Positions 30,144-39,052 of a stretch of DNA of 64,000 nt are shown here, one piece after another. Source of the DNA: Omnitrophica WOR_2 bacterium RIFOXYA2_FULL_38_17 (GTDB lineage: Bacteria > Omnitrophota > Gorgyraeia > Zapsychrales > Zapsychraceae). Each line of letters starts with the position of its first letter. Within the stretch, counting starts at the first letter, position 1. Location of the stretch: the NCBI GenBank assembly GCA_001805965.1, contig MHHG01000012.1, positions 220-64,219 on the forward strand, in the 5' to 3' direction. Position numbers and translations under genes: made by a program. The notes under the pieces are model-generated. The model saw nothing but the letters and a program-made list of their open reading frames with translations. It searched no databases and had not been told where the DNA came from.

Positions 30144-30485
30144 TATTTTTTATTCTCCAGTAGTTCAATTTTATATCCATCTGGATCTTCAATGAAGTCT
30201 ATAACCGTTGTTCCATTCTTCATTTGGCCAGTTTCAAGCACGACCTTACCGCCATTTTCCTTAATCAAATCGCACCCTTTATAAAGCATATTCCTTAGTA
30301 TCCCAATTATAAATCAATTCTAGGACAGTTAAATTCAGTTCATCTGCATATCCTAAAAAAGCCAAAGTAAATTTACGGGTCGGAAGAGCTTTCTTCCTTA
30401 AAATTTTTATTCCAAGAACATTAGCATAAAAATCAATCGATCTATCGAGATCTGTTACTCTGATCACCACAGGCAGCATTCTCAT
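30143..30485 (-). pseudogene. gloA: Glyoxalase I (lactoylglutathione lyase) pseudogene with internal deletion and frameshift
   Basis: N-half MRMLPVVIRVTDLDRSIDFY...[14 protein letters not shown] stops at 30279. The C-half [15 protein letters not shown]...[16 protein letters not shown] continues in another frame to 30143. The GHIA segment is missing. Confidence 0.8.
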
Positions 30486-30633
30486 AAATAGCTCATTTTT
30501 ATAATTGCAGACATTATACTTCAAGGCAATTGTATTTACAATAGCCCCAGCATCTCAGTATAATTTATATGTTGAGGCATATAAAGCAATTGGGTATAAT
30601 GAAATAAAATTAGAATTCTTCCTAAAAAGAAAA

Positions 30634-31377
30634 ATGTACAAATTAAAAAGTATTTCAATAAAAACGCAGCTTTACTTGTTTCTTTTTTGCTTTCTTGCAA
30701 TAATTTCCTTCAATGAAAGGTCTTTCAACTCAATATCAAAAGGGCTCATTGCTCTTCTGGTATCCGCTCTATTAGATTTGGCTTTATTTTATATCAGAGA
30801 AAAACGTCCCAAGATAACAGAAAGCTCCTTAATTACAGGGTTAATTATTGGATTTGTCCTTTCATCAGACATGAGCTGGTGGGCTTTTGCTCTAGCTTCG
30901 TTATTAGCAATTATGTCAAAGCATATTATACGCTATAAAAATAAGCACGTATTTAATCCGGCTGCATTTGGGATCTTTTTTACAATTCTAATCACCAATG
31001 GATATACTCAATGGAAAGGCGCTTATGACTGGGCTATCATAATTCCGTTCGGGCTTTATTTTGCATTTAAAATGAAGAAGCTTTTATTGGTCATTATTTA
31101 CTTCATTCTCTCTCTAATACTGTATTCATTTGAAGCTAGCTTCGATAAAGCATCGTTCATAAACTCAATACTCTATGCAAATTATTTCTTCATGTTTATA
31201 ATGCTTACCGAGCCAAAAACATCTCCATTTAAAAACAGACAAAAGATGATCATATCCGCGATTATTGCCATTGCATCATTTTTACTTTATTTATTAAAAT
31301 TCCCTTATGACCCCGTGTTGCCTTCATTGTTAATTGGCAATTTGTTATTTTGCATAATGAGCCAGGTTAAAAAGTGA
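30634..31377 (+). CDS. Stand-alone short RnfD/NqrB-like membrane protein
   Basis: SSLITGLII, KHVFNPAAFG, FIMLTEPKTSP; likely ATG at 30634. Confidence 0.7.
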   Translation: MYKLKSISIKTQLYLFLFCFLAIISFNERSFNSISKGLIALLVSALLDLALFYIREKRPKITESSLITGLIIGFVLSSDMSWWAFALASLLAIMSKHIIRYKNKHVFNPAAFGIFFTILITNGYTQWKGAYDWAIIIPFGLYFAFKMKKLLLVIIYFILSLILYSFEASFDKASFINSILYANYFFMFIMLTEPKTSPFKNRQKMIISAIIAIASFLLYLLKFPYDPVLPSLLIGNLLFCIMSQVKK

Positions 31378-31446
31378 TTTTGGATTTGTAATTGTTTTGT
31401 TCGCTACTTTTAGGTGGGGAAAATATTATTGATTTAACAAACTGAC

Positions 31447-31647
31447 CTACCATGCTCCGCCATCTTGTAACTCTAATTTAAAAAAAACCGAACTGTGTGT
31501 ATTAATAATCTCGCCATTGCCTGTTTCACTTACAACTTTAATAAGGCAATCTTTACACTCTGTTACTTCAAGATTAGATATAAGAAACAACTTTCCGCCT
31601 TCAGACATTGTGATTTTAACCTTTCTTCCAATTAATTCAGCCAGCAT
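31447..31647 (-). CDS. Hypothetical 66-aa protein
   Basis: ORF with AGGAG RBS; beta-rich pattern. Confidence 0.55.
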   Translation of the reverse strand: MLAELIGRKVKITMSEGGKLFLISNLEVTECKDCLIKVVSETGNGEIINTHSSVFFKLELQDGGAW

Positions 31648-31680
31648 ATTAGCTCCTTTTAAAATTTTTAAAATGTTCGG

Positions 31681-32076
31681 CTAATTGTTCAGCAATTCCT
31701 CTATAATAGTCATAAACTTATCCTTTTCAACATATCCGTCATAATCAGTATTTACAAGATCAAGGTTAAAAGCATCCTTTGGATATGCGCTCAAAAAATA
31801 TATTTTAGTTTTTGGGAACTTATCTTTTATCCTATTAGAAGCATGAATCCCTGCATTTCTATAGTCCATTTTTATATCCAAAAAAGCAACATCTGGATGC
31901 AACGTATAAGCTTTAATAATAGCTTCTTGACTGTTGTGCGCAACAGCGATAACATCATGCCCAAGCATCTCTATTACAGTCTTATAAAGCTGGACAGAAT
32001 CTTCATCGTCATCAGCGATAAGCACTCTTTTAATCATAATTTTTCTTTCTTCTAAACAAACGTTTTCTAAATTCAT
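31681..32076 (-). CDS. Single-domain response regulator
   Basis: VLIADDD, FLDIKM, FLSAY, VEK; alternative start at 32037. Confidence 0.85.
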   Translation of the reverse strand: MNLENVCLEERKIMIKRVLIADDDEDSVQLYKTVIEMLGHDVIAVAHNSQEAIIKAYTLHPDVAFLDIKMDYRNAGIHASNRIKDKFPKTKIYFLSAYPKDAFNLDLVNTDYDGYVEKDKFMTIIEELLNN

Positions 32077-32205
32077 ATTTATTTTTATACTCTTTTTTAT
32101 TCTTTTGTCAATTTATAAAAGCTTATAATCGCCTTAAAAGCTGGCTATCCTGCAACAAGTAAAATAATATTTAAATAAATCTATTGTTTTAAAAACCTGC
32201 TACTT

Positions 32206-32646
32206 TCAATTCACAAACGGGTCATCACCGCTGACCTTTATTAACATCCAATGTTTTTTATAATCCTTAAACACGAATTCCGCGTTGCCAGAAAGATCGT
32301 TTACATTAGCATTTGAATATTTATTGCGTTTCTTATTCCATTTTATCTTAACAGTTAAAATATCATCTTCTCTCTCTGCGCTGTAAGCAACCGCACTAAA
32401 TTTTATAACATGCTCAGCTGAAGCAGCATTAGAAATATTACTCAAATATTCGTATTTATTTGGAGTAAAATCATTTGATATATAAGGGTCAAGATAGCCA
32501 GGCAAATAATTCTTATAGTTATTGAACATTTCATTAACTATGTTTTGAGCTTCGAATAAGTTCTCACTGCCAGACGGTTCTTTTTCGATCCATGCACACC
32601 CAGCTATAATCGCCATAAAAGCTATAACCAAAATTTTATTTTTCAT
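32206..32646 (-). CDS. Hypothetical lipoprotein
   Basis: MKNK, hydrophobic core and IIAGC lipobox. Confidence 0.7.
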   Translation of the reverse strand: MKNKILVIAFMAIIAGCAWIEKEPSGSENLFEAQNIVNEMFNNYKNYLPGYLDPYISNDFTPNKYEYLSNISNAASAEHVIKFSAVAYSAEREDDILTVKIKWNKKRNKYSNANVNDLSGNAEFVFKDYKKHWMLIKVSGDDPFVN

Positions 32647-32767
32647 AATTTTAAAGATTCCGATCTCGTTTAATAAATAATTTTATTACAGTGAAAACAG
32701 TCTACACAAAGTGTATTTTACAGTCAATATAAATCTAATAACCATGCGGATCATCTCTATTTTTGAT

Positions 32768-32795
32768 TTGATATTTAAATCATTAATGATATAAT
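32768..32795 (+). promoter_or_regulatory. Predicted sigma70 promoter of pck
   Basis: TTGATA-N16-TATAAT with TGn extension; AGGAG RBS downstream. Confidence 0.6.
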
Positions 32796-32836
32796 GTGCC
32801 AAAATTACAAGTTGTAATAATTATAGGAGAATATAA

Positions 32837-34738
32837 ATGAGTGCGAATAAAGGCCTAGACTTGATCCTTTCCAAATGCGATGAGCACAACCAAGGCAAAA
32901 TATGTCAAATAAGTAATAATAAAATATTAGCGACTATTGCAGATAGAATCGAACTCTGTAACCCAAAGAATATTTTTATCCACACAGGAAGCGATGCTGA
33001 CTGCGAACACATTAAAAAGATGTCTTTAGCTACCGGTGAAGAGCAAAAGCTAAAAATGGAAGGCCACACTATTCATTTTGACCCTCCAACTGAGCAAGGA
33101 CGAATAGTTAAGCAGACATATGCAATAGAAGATGAAGGTGTATACACTAGCAGTCTTGCCAAAGCTATGCCACGGTCAGAAGCTAATGATATTGTAAAAA
33201 AATACATGAAAAACATCATGACCGGAAGAACAATGATCGTAGGTTTTTATATCAGAGGGCCTATTGGCGCCCCTACTTCCTATGCATCCCTAACCTTTTC
33301 TGACTCTTGGTATCTCGCGCATCAGCAAAACCATCTATACAGAAAAAATCCAGCATATTTTGAAAAGCAAACAGACCTAATAGGGTTTTTCTTTACAAAC
33401 ACTCACAGTAAAGGAAATTTAAATACAAAAGAAGCCTATGTTTTAACTGACAGAAAAAACAAAGAAACATGGGCATGGAACGTGTCGTACCTTGGCAACT
33501 GCGCCTTGATCAAAAAGGGCCACCACCGGCTTGCAAATGATGATGCTATCTATAATCATCGTGGTGAACAGCTTTCAGAGCACATGTTCATTACAGGCAT
33601 TTCAATGAAAGACGGCTCCACAATCTGGATCGATGGAGCAGCTCCTAGCGGATGCGGTAAAACCACTACAGCAATGGCTGGAGATGTTTTTATCGGGGAC
33701 GATCTTGCCCAAATATGGATTGACAGCAAAGGAACTATCCGATCAACAAATCCTGAAATAGGCATTTTTGGCATTATAAAAGATGTAAATATTGAGGGCG
33801 ATCCTCTTCTAATGGAAAGATTAAGAAATCCTGGCTCTACCGTTATTTGGACAAATGTTCTTCTTGCCAACGGTGTTCCCTACTGGGAAGGCAGCCATGA
33901 AAACATACCTGACAGCGGAATCAACCACCAGGGCGAATGGACTAAAGGCAAAACTGACGCACAAGGCAATCTTATACCAATTTCACATCCTAATTCTAGG
34001 TGTACTATCCGAAGCAATCAGTTAAAAAACTTTGATGAAGAGTCAGCAAATGACCCTAAAGGAGTTGACACAAAAGTTTTTACTTATAGCGGCAGGGATC
34101 CTGACACCATGCCTCCTGTTATAGCAGCATTAACTCCTGAAGAAGGTGTTATTTTCGGTGCTGACATTGCATCTGCGACGACAGCAACTGAAGTCGGGGC
34201 AAAAGGCAATATCACGCGCTCACCTTGGGCAAATGCACCATTTTTTCTTGGCGCACTTGGAGATTACATGGATGGACAATTTAAATTCTTTACTAATCCA
34301 AAACTTAAAACTAAGCCAGTTCTTGCCTCCCTTAATTATTTTCTCACTGTTTCATCTCGCGGAGGCGATTCAGACAAACTTCTTGGCGAAAAAAGAGATG
34401 TCAGAGTTTGGCTAACATGGCTGGCTAAATTAGCGAACAAAGAAGTAACTGGCATTAAAACTGCCTTGGGAACTATTCCTTCTTACGATGAATTAAACTC
34501 TATTTTTGAAGAACTTATTCCAAATAAAGGTTACACTAAAGAGCTCTACAACAAACAATTCTCGCTTTACATTGATAATATTATCGCGAGAATCGATATG
34601 CAGGTTGAAGCATACAAAAAAGAGATCAACATCCCAGAAATTTACTTTGAGACACAGGCCAAAAAGAAAGCCAGATTGAATGAACTTAAATCGGCAAAAG
34701 GCGCTATAGTCGTACCAGACCAACTGGCTAATTCATAA
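32837..34738 (+). CDS. pckG: Phosphoenolpyruvate carboxykinase (GTP)
   Basis: YLGN..KK, SEHM, P-loop GAAPSGCGKT, IGDDLA, NPEIGIFG, HPNSR. Confidence 0.88.
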   Translation: MSANKGLDLILSKCDEHNQGKICQISNNKILATIADRIELCNPKNIFIHTGSDADCEHIKKMSLATGEEQKLKMEGHTIHFDPPTEQGRIVKQTYAIEDEGVYTSSLAKAMPRSEANDIVKKYMKNIMTGRTMIVGFYIRGPIGAPTSYASLTFSDSWYLAHQQNHLYRKNPAYFEKQTDLIGFFFTNTHSKGNLNTKEAYVLTDRKNKETWAWNVSYLGNCALIKKGHHRLANDDAIYNHRGEQLSEHMFITGISMKDGSTIWIDGAAPSGCGKTTTAMAGDVFIGDDLAQIWIDSKGTIRSTNPEIGIFGIIKDVNIEGDPLLMERLRNPGSTVIWTNVLLANGVPYWEGSHENIPDSGINHQGEWTKGKTDAQGNLIPISHPNSRCTIRSNQLKNFDEESANDPKGVDTKVFTYSGRDPDTMPPVIAALTPEEGVIFGADIASATTATEVGAKGNITRSPWANAPFFLGALGDYMDGQFKFFTNPKLKTKPVLASLNYFLTVSSRGGDSDKLLGEKRDVRVWLTWLAKLANKEVTGIKTALGTIPSYDELNSIFEELIPNKGYTKELYNKQFSLYIDNIIARIDMQVEAYKKEINIPEIYFETQAKKKARLNELKSAKGAIVVPDQLANS

Positions 34739-34750
34739 TTATAGACCCAT

Positions 34751-34788
34751 AATAAAAAAGCGGGCTTTTAAAAGCCCGCTTTTTTATT
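34751..34788. terminator. Bidirectional intrinsic terminator
   Basis: Perfect 38-bp palindrome AATAAAAAAGCGGGCTTTTAAAAGCCCGCTTTTTTATT between convergent genes. Confidence 0.9.
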
Positions 34789-34814
34789 TAACAAATATTT
34801 CATTGTTAATCTAA

Positions 34815-35732
34815 TTATTTCCCCTTATCCCTATTTATAATCTTATTTATAAATATTGAAGTAAATCCCAGCCCTATTAACGTTGGGAAAATATGCTCTA
34901 CAAAAGAATACAAGATCCCCAAAGCTAATAATCTTCCAGCTGATGCATATTTTTGAAACAGCAAAATAACCAGCCCCTCTCTCATTCCTAGCCCTAAGAA
35001 TGTTAATGGGATACTGCTCAACAATATAATAATTGGCAGATAAAAAAACACTTCAGAAAAAGGTAAATCAACATTAATAGCTTTTGATAAAAAATAAAAA
35101 CATACTAGCTCTAAGAATCCGAACAAAAGGCTGAAGAGAATTATTTTCTTATTCTTAAAAATATTTTCATTCTCAAAGCACTTTAAAAGTCGTTTTTTAA
35201 ATGTCATTATCCATTTATTCTCAGAAAATAATATTTTGAATTTAACAAAGCAAAGGACTAGGGCTGGCTGATCGCCAGGCAAAGAAACCAAAGCTTTAAT
35301 AAAAACAAAAATCAAACATAAAGACATGAAAAATAACATTGTGAAAAGATTCAGCATATATTCTGCAAATATAGAAAAAACCGAACTTTCATGGTCAATT
35401 CCATTGATTTTTTTTAAGTATAATATACGAGATATTTCACCTATTTTAAGAGGGACTGCGCCAATAATTGGGGCACTACCAACTTTTATAAAAAACGCTT
35501 CTTTATGTGGCAAATGGCATCCCATTACTTTAAGAATAAGTTTCCATCTTATTGATGAGATAAAAAAACCATTGAACAACGCTACCAAAAGGACTAAAAA
35601 TATTAATTTTAAATCTGCAGATCCTACCGTAGCGTAAACCTGGCCTAGGGAAGCTTTTTTTAATAAAATAGAAAAGATAATAACCGTTATCGCAACTGAC
35701 ACTATTGTGCGGAAAGGATCTTTATATGACAT
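34815..35732 (-). CDS. Lysylphosphatidylglycerol-synthase TM / flippase-like membrane protein
   Basis: SIRWKLIL, PLKIGEISR, IPLTFLGLGMREG. Confidence 0.8.
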   Translation of the reverse strand: MSYKDPFRTIVSVAITVIIFSILLKKASLGQVYATVGSADLKLIFLVLLVALFNGFFISSIRWKLILKVMGCHLPHKEAFFIKVGSAPIIGAVPLKIGEISRILYLKKINGIDHESSVFSIFAEYMLNLFTMLFFMSLCLIFVFIKALVSLPGDQPALVLCFVKFKILFSENKWIMTFKKRLLKCFENENIFKNKKIILFSLLFGFLELVCFYFLSKAINVDLPFSEVFFYLPIIILLSSIPLTFLGLGMREGLVILLFQKYASAGRLLALGILYSFVEHIFPTLIGLGFTSIFINKIINRDKGK

Positions 35733-35798
35733 AAGATTATTGTTTTCTTTTAAAACAAATAAACAAACTGCTCATTACAAAAAAGCATCTTATTCGCC

Positions 35799-36746
35799 CT
35801 AAATATTTTTTAACCATATTTTAATGCTCTTGCTTATACTAGAAACATCAAGATTGTATAATTTTTGCAAGTCGTTTCTATCTCCATAGATCTCACAAAA
35901 TTGATCTGGTATCCCTATAACCTTAAATGAAGGCGTTTTTTTCTGTACTGCGATCAATTCAGAGATCGCAGTTCCTATGCCCCCCGTTACAAAATGTTCT
36001 TCCAATGTTACAAGACATTTAGCATCTTTTACAACTCCCCAAAGCCCTTCTTTATTCATAGGCTTGATCCTGAAAAGATCGATTACACCTACCTCAATTG
36101 ATTGGGAAGAAAGCTTTTTTGCCACTTGTAATGCGCTATAAACCATCCTACCAGTTGCAACAATATATAACTGTTTTGACTTGCTTAAAACAGAAAATCC
36201 TCTAGACAGATCAAATTCAGACTCCTCCTCATATACCAAAGGCAATCCTTCTCTATCCAACCTTATATATCTGGGACCAGATTGATTATCATATTGCCTT
36301 GCCAACAGATCTGCCATTAATCCATCAGCTGGGCTATAAATCTCCATATTAGGCAAAGAACGCATCAACGCAATATCTTCTGTTCCATGATGAGTCGCTC
36401 CAAGCGTTGAGTAATCAAGCCCTGCACCAATACCGACAATACTAACTGGCAGGTTCATGCAACAGAGATCAACTCTTATCTGTTCATAGCATCTCATGGT
36501 TGCAAAAGGCACTATCGCATAAACATATACTATCTTGCCGGTTTGAGCTAACCCTGAAGCAATACCTATCATGTTTTGCTCAGCAATGCCAACATTTATA
36601 TATTGATAAGGAATTTTTTCTTTGAATTCATCATGACATATTGCCCCGGTATCAGATGTTATTAGGATTATATTGCGATTTTTCTTTGCTTCCTCATAAA
36701 GAGATTGAAAGAAAGAATCTCTCATGCCGGCAGTCCAGTGGCTCAT
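35799..36746 (-). CDS. Transketolase-like protein, C-terminal subunit
   Basis: NVGIAEQNM, CYEQIR, GATHH, YIRL, EEHFVTGGIG. Confidence 0.9.
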   Translation of the reverse strand: MSHWTAGMRDSFFQSLYEEAKKNRNIILITSDTGAICHDEFKEKIPYQYINVGIAEQNMIGIASGLAQTGKIVYVYAIVPFATMRCYEQIRVDLCCMNLPVSIVGIGAGLDYSTLGATHHGTEDIALMRSLPNMEIYSPADGLMADLLARQYDNQSGPRYIRLDREGLPLVYEEESEFDLSRGFSVLSKSKQLYIVATGRMVYSALQVAKKLSSQSIEVGVIDLFRIKPMNKEGLWGVVKDAKCLVTLEEHFVTGGIGTAISELIAVQKKTPSFKVIGIPDQFCEIYGDRNDLQKLYNLDVSSISKSIKIWLKNI

Positions 36747-37618
36747 TGTAAATCCTCACTTTCTTGATTTAATTCCCTTCGTGCAATATCAAGTTGTTCT
36801 CCAATAGGGACTCGATAATGCCATATCGGACTGTTCTCCATAAATGACACCCCTTTCCCTTTTGTAGTTAAAGCAATTATAGCCAAGGGCTTTGATCTTT
36901 TTTGTTTAGCATTTACCCTGAGCACATGCAATAATTCAGCAAAAGAATGTCCCTGTACACTTATAGCATCCCAGCCAAAAGCCTCCCACTTGTTTTGCAG
37001 CGGAGAAACCGATAAATACTGTTCTAATATCCCTGTCGCAGAAAGCCCATTATGGTCAACAATAGCTATCAAATTATTCAATTTATATTGAGCTGCGAAC
37101 ATTGCAGCCTCCCATACTGACCCTTCATGGCACTCGCCATCCCCCATTAATACAACAGTTGAATAGCCTTTTTTATCCAATTTAGCCCCTAGTGCTAAAC
37201 CAGCACCAATAGACAATCCATGTCCTAATGACCCTGTAAAAGCCTCAACTCCAGGTGTCGAATTTTCCGGATGACAGCCTAAACGATTTCCATTCTTAGC
37301 AAAACCATCTAAATCTGATTTAGGGAAAAATCCAAGATCAGCTAAAATAGCATACAAAGCGGGTGCGGCATGTCCCTTGCTTAAAATAAACCTGTCTCTA
37401 TCCGGCCAGTTATGATCTTTTCCGTTAACACGTAGTATCCCCCCATAATAGAGTGAGACAAGAATTTCCATGCAGGAAAAAGAAGGCGCCACATGGCCGG
37501 CACCAGCGTTAACTGCCATTTCTAAGACTTTTTTTCTTAATCTATTAGCTTTTCCCTTTAGACTTTTAATTTCTTCATTCAATATATTTTTATCTTTTAT
37601 TGTTTTTTCTTCCGCCAT
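36743..37618 (-). CDS. Transketolase-like protein, N-terminal ThDP-binding subunit
   Basis: RDRFILSKGH, TGSLGHGL, GDGECHEG...DHN, KGKG. Confidence 0.9.
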   Translation of the reverse strand: MAEEKTIKDKNILNEEIKSLKGKANRLRKKVLEMAVNAGAGHVAPSFSCMEILVSLYYGGILRVNGKDHNWPDRDRFILSKGHAAPALYAILADLGFFPKSDLDGFAKNGNRLGCHPENSTPGVEAFTGSLGHGLSIGAGLALGAKLDKKGYSTVVLMGDGECHEGSVWEAAMFAAQYKLNNLIAIVDHNGLSATGILEQYLSVSPLQNKWEAFGWDAISVQGHSFAELLHVLRVNAKQKRSKPLAIIALTTKGKGVSFMENSPIWHYRVPIGEQLDIARRELNQESEDLQ

Positions 37619-37642
37619 AAAACCTCCCCATAAGAACTTAAT

Positions 37643-39037
37643 TTAGTTTGAAGACATGAAAATGGATTTTAATATGCCATTTATATTTTCATTTACGGTT
37701 CTACATGCTACGAAATATTGAATACGATAACTATACGAAACCCCCTTGTTCTTTTCAAAAAATGCTTTATATAAGCGTACTGGACTTAAAAAATAAATTA
37801 ATGCAAAAAAACGATACAACACATAAATTAATAGCTTCTTACTTCCCCAAAAAACATTAGCCTTTCCAAAAAGATTATATTTTGTACTATCATTTCTACC
37901 GGGCCAATCCTGCCAATAATCCGAACCCGGCCTTGGCTCCAAAATACTTACATGCCATAAAGGTGAGGTTTTTATCAGGAAAAAATAAGTGTTCAGGATT
38001 TCCCGTACAGTTTCATCAAAATATCCAATAACACCATGATTATGTATTAATATTCTTCGCTTATTCAGGCTTTCACATAACTTCTCATTATCTTTGACCG
38101 TATAAGGCTTGCGATATGCTTTCAAAAGCCTCGCATTTGCTGATTCAATACAAACATTAACCTTAACACACCTGCTTTCAGAAAGTAGGTCAAAAGTTGA
38201 TTCATCTTTTATAGAAGCCGACCCAATACCCATACCCCAGTCTAACCCGACATCTTCTTCTATAAGCAACTTGCAAAAAGCACGCAAATTATCTTCATTT
38301 AGCGCGACATCGTCATCTTCTAAAAACACGAAATCAAGATCAAGCTTCTTAGCTATTTTAAACTCATCAACAATCCTTCTTGGAGACTTATGCCTATAGC
38401 GATGTCCCCACATCCTGACAGTCGAACAAAAAGCACAGTTATACACACAACCTCTTGATGTTTCCATACTTATATATCTTAATCCTGATTTCTTAAAGTA
38501 CGGCTCCAGATCAAATTCTGAATAATCATTAAATGGCAAAGTATCTAGATCTTCAATAAGTTCCCGGGGCTTATTTTTAATAATTTTGCCATCGCTCAAG
38601 TACATTAATCCTTTAATATCTTGCAAAGATCGCTTGATCAAACAATATTTTACAAACTCTCTAAAAGTAAGTTCCCCCTCTCCGTAAATAATGAAATCAT
38701 ATCCATGGAATAAAATATCTTCGGGCACTAAAGTCGCATGATTCCCCCCCGAAATCACTATTGTATCTGGATATGTTATTTTAATATCATTTGCATACTG
38801 CATGCAATAAGGTGCAGCATTAGTAAAATTACATGTAATTCCTATAATGTCGTATCTTTTAGATAATATTATATCCAGACCTTTTTTATACTGCACATCA
38901 GTCAAATCTATAAGTTCCATTTCACAGCCAAGCTCTTTGCCAATCAGGTAAAGGTTCATTAAACCCATACTGGGAACGTGCTCATAACATGTATCAACCG
39001 TAGGAACAACTAATAATATTTTCATAATTTTTACCAA
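37643..39037 (-). CDS. Cobalamin-binding radical SAM enzyme
   Basis: N-terminal B12 domain (GGNHAT, GEGE), TSRGCVYNCAFC. Confidence 0.9.
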   Translation of the reverse strand: MVKIMKILLVVPTVDTCYEHVPSMGLMNLYLIGKELGCEMELIDLTDVQYKKGLDIILSKRYDIIGITCNFTNAAPYCMQYANDIKITYPDTIVISGGNHATLVPEDILFHGYDFIIYGEGELTFREFVKYCLIKRSLQDIKGLMYLSDGKIIKNKPRELIEDLDTLPFNDYSEFDLEPYFKKSGLRYISMETSRGCVYNCAFCSTVRMWGHRYRHKSPRRIVDEFKIAKKLDLDFVFLEDDDVALNEDNLRAFCKLLIEEDVGLDWGMGIGSASIKDESTFDLLSESRCVKVNVCIESANARLLKAYRKPYTVKDNEKLCESLNKRRILIHNHGVIGYFDETVREILNTYFFLIKTSPLWHVSILEPRPGSDYWQDWPGRNDSTKYNLFGKANVFWGSKKLLIYVLYRFFALIYFLSPVRLYKAFFEKNKGVSYSYRIQYFVACRTVNENINGILKSIFMSSN

Positions 39038-39052
39038 ACAATAACTGTCTTT

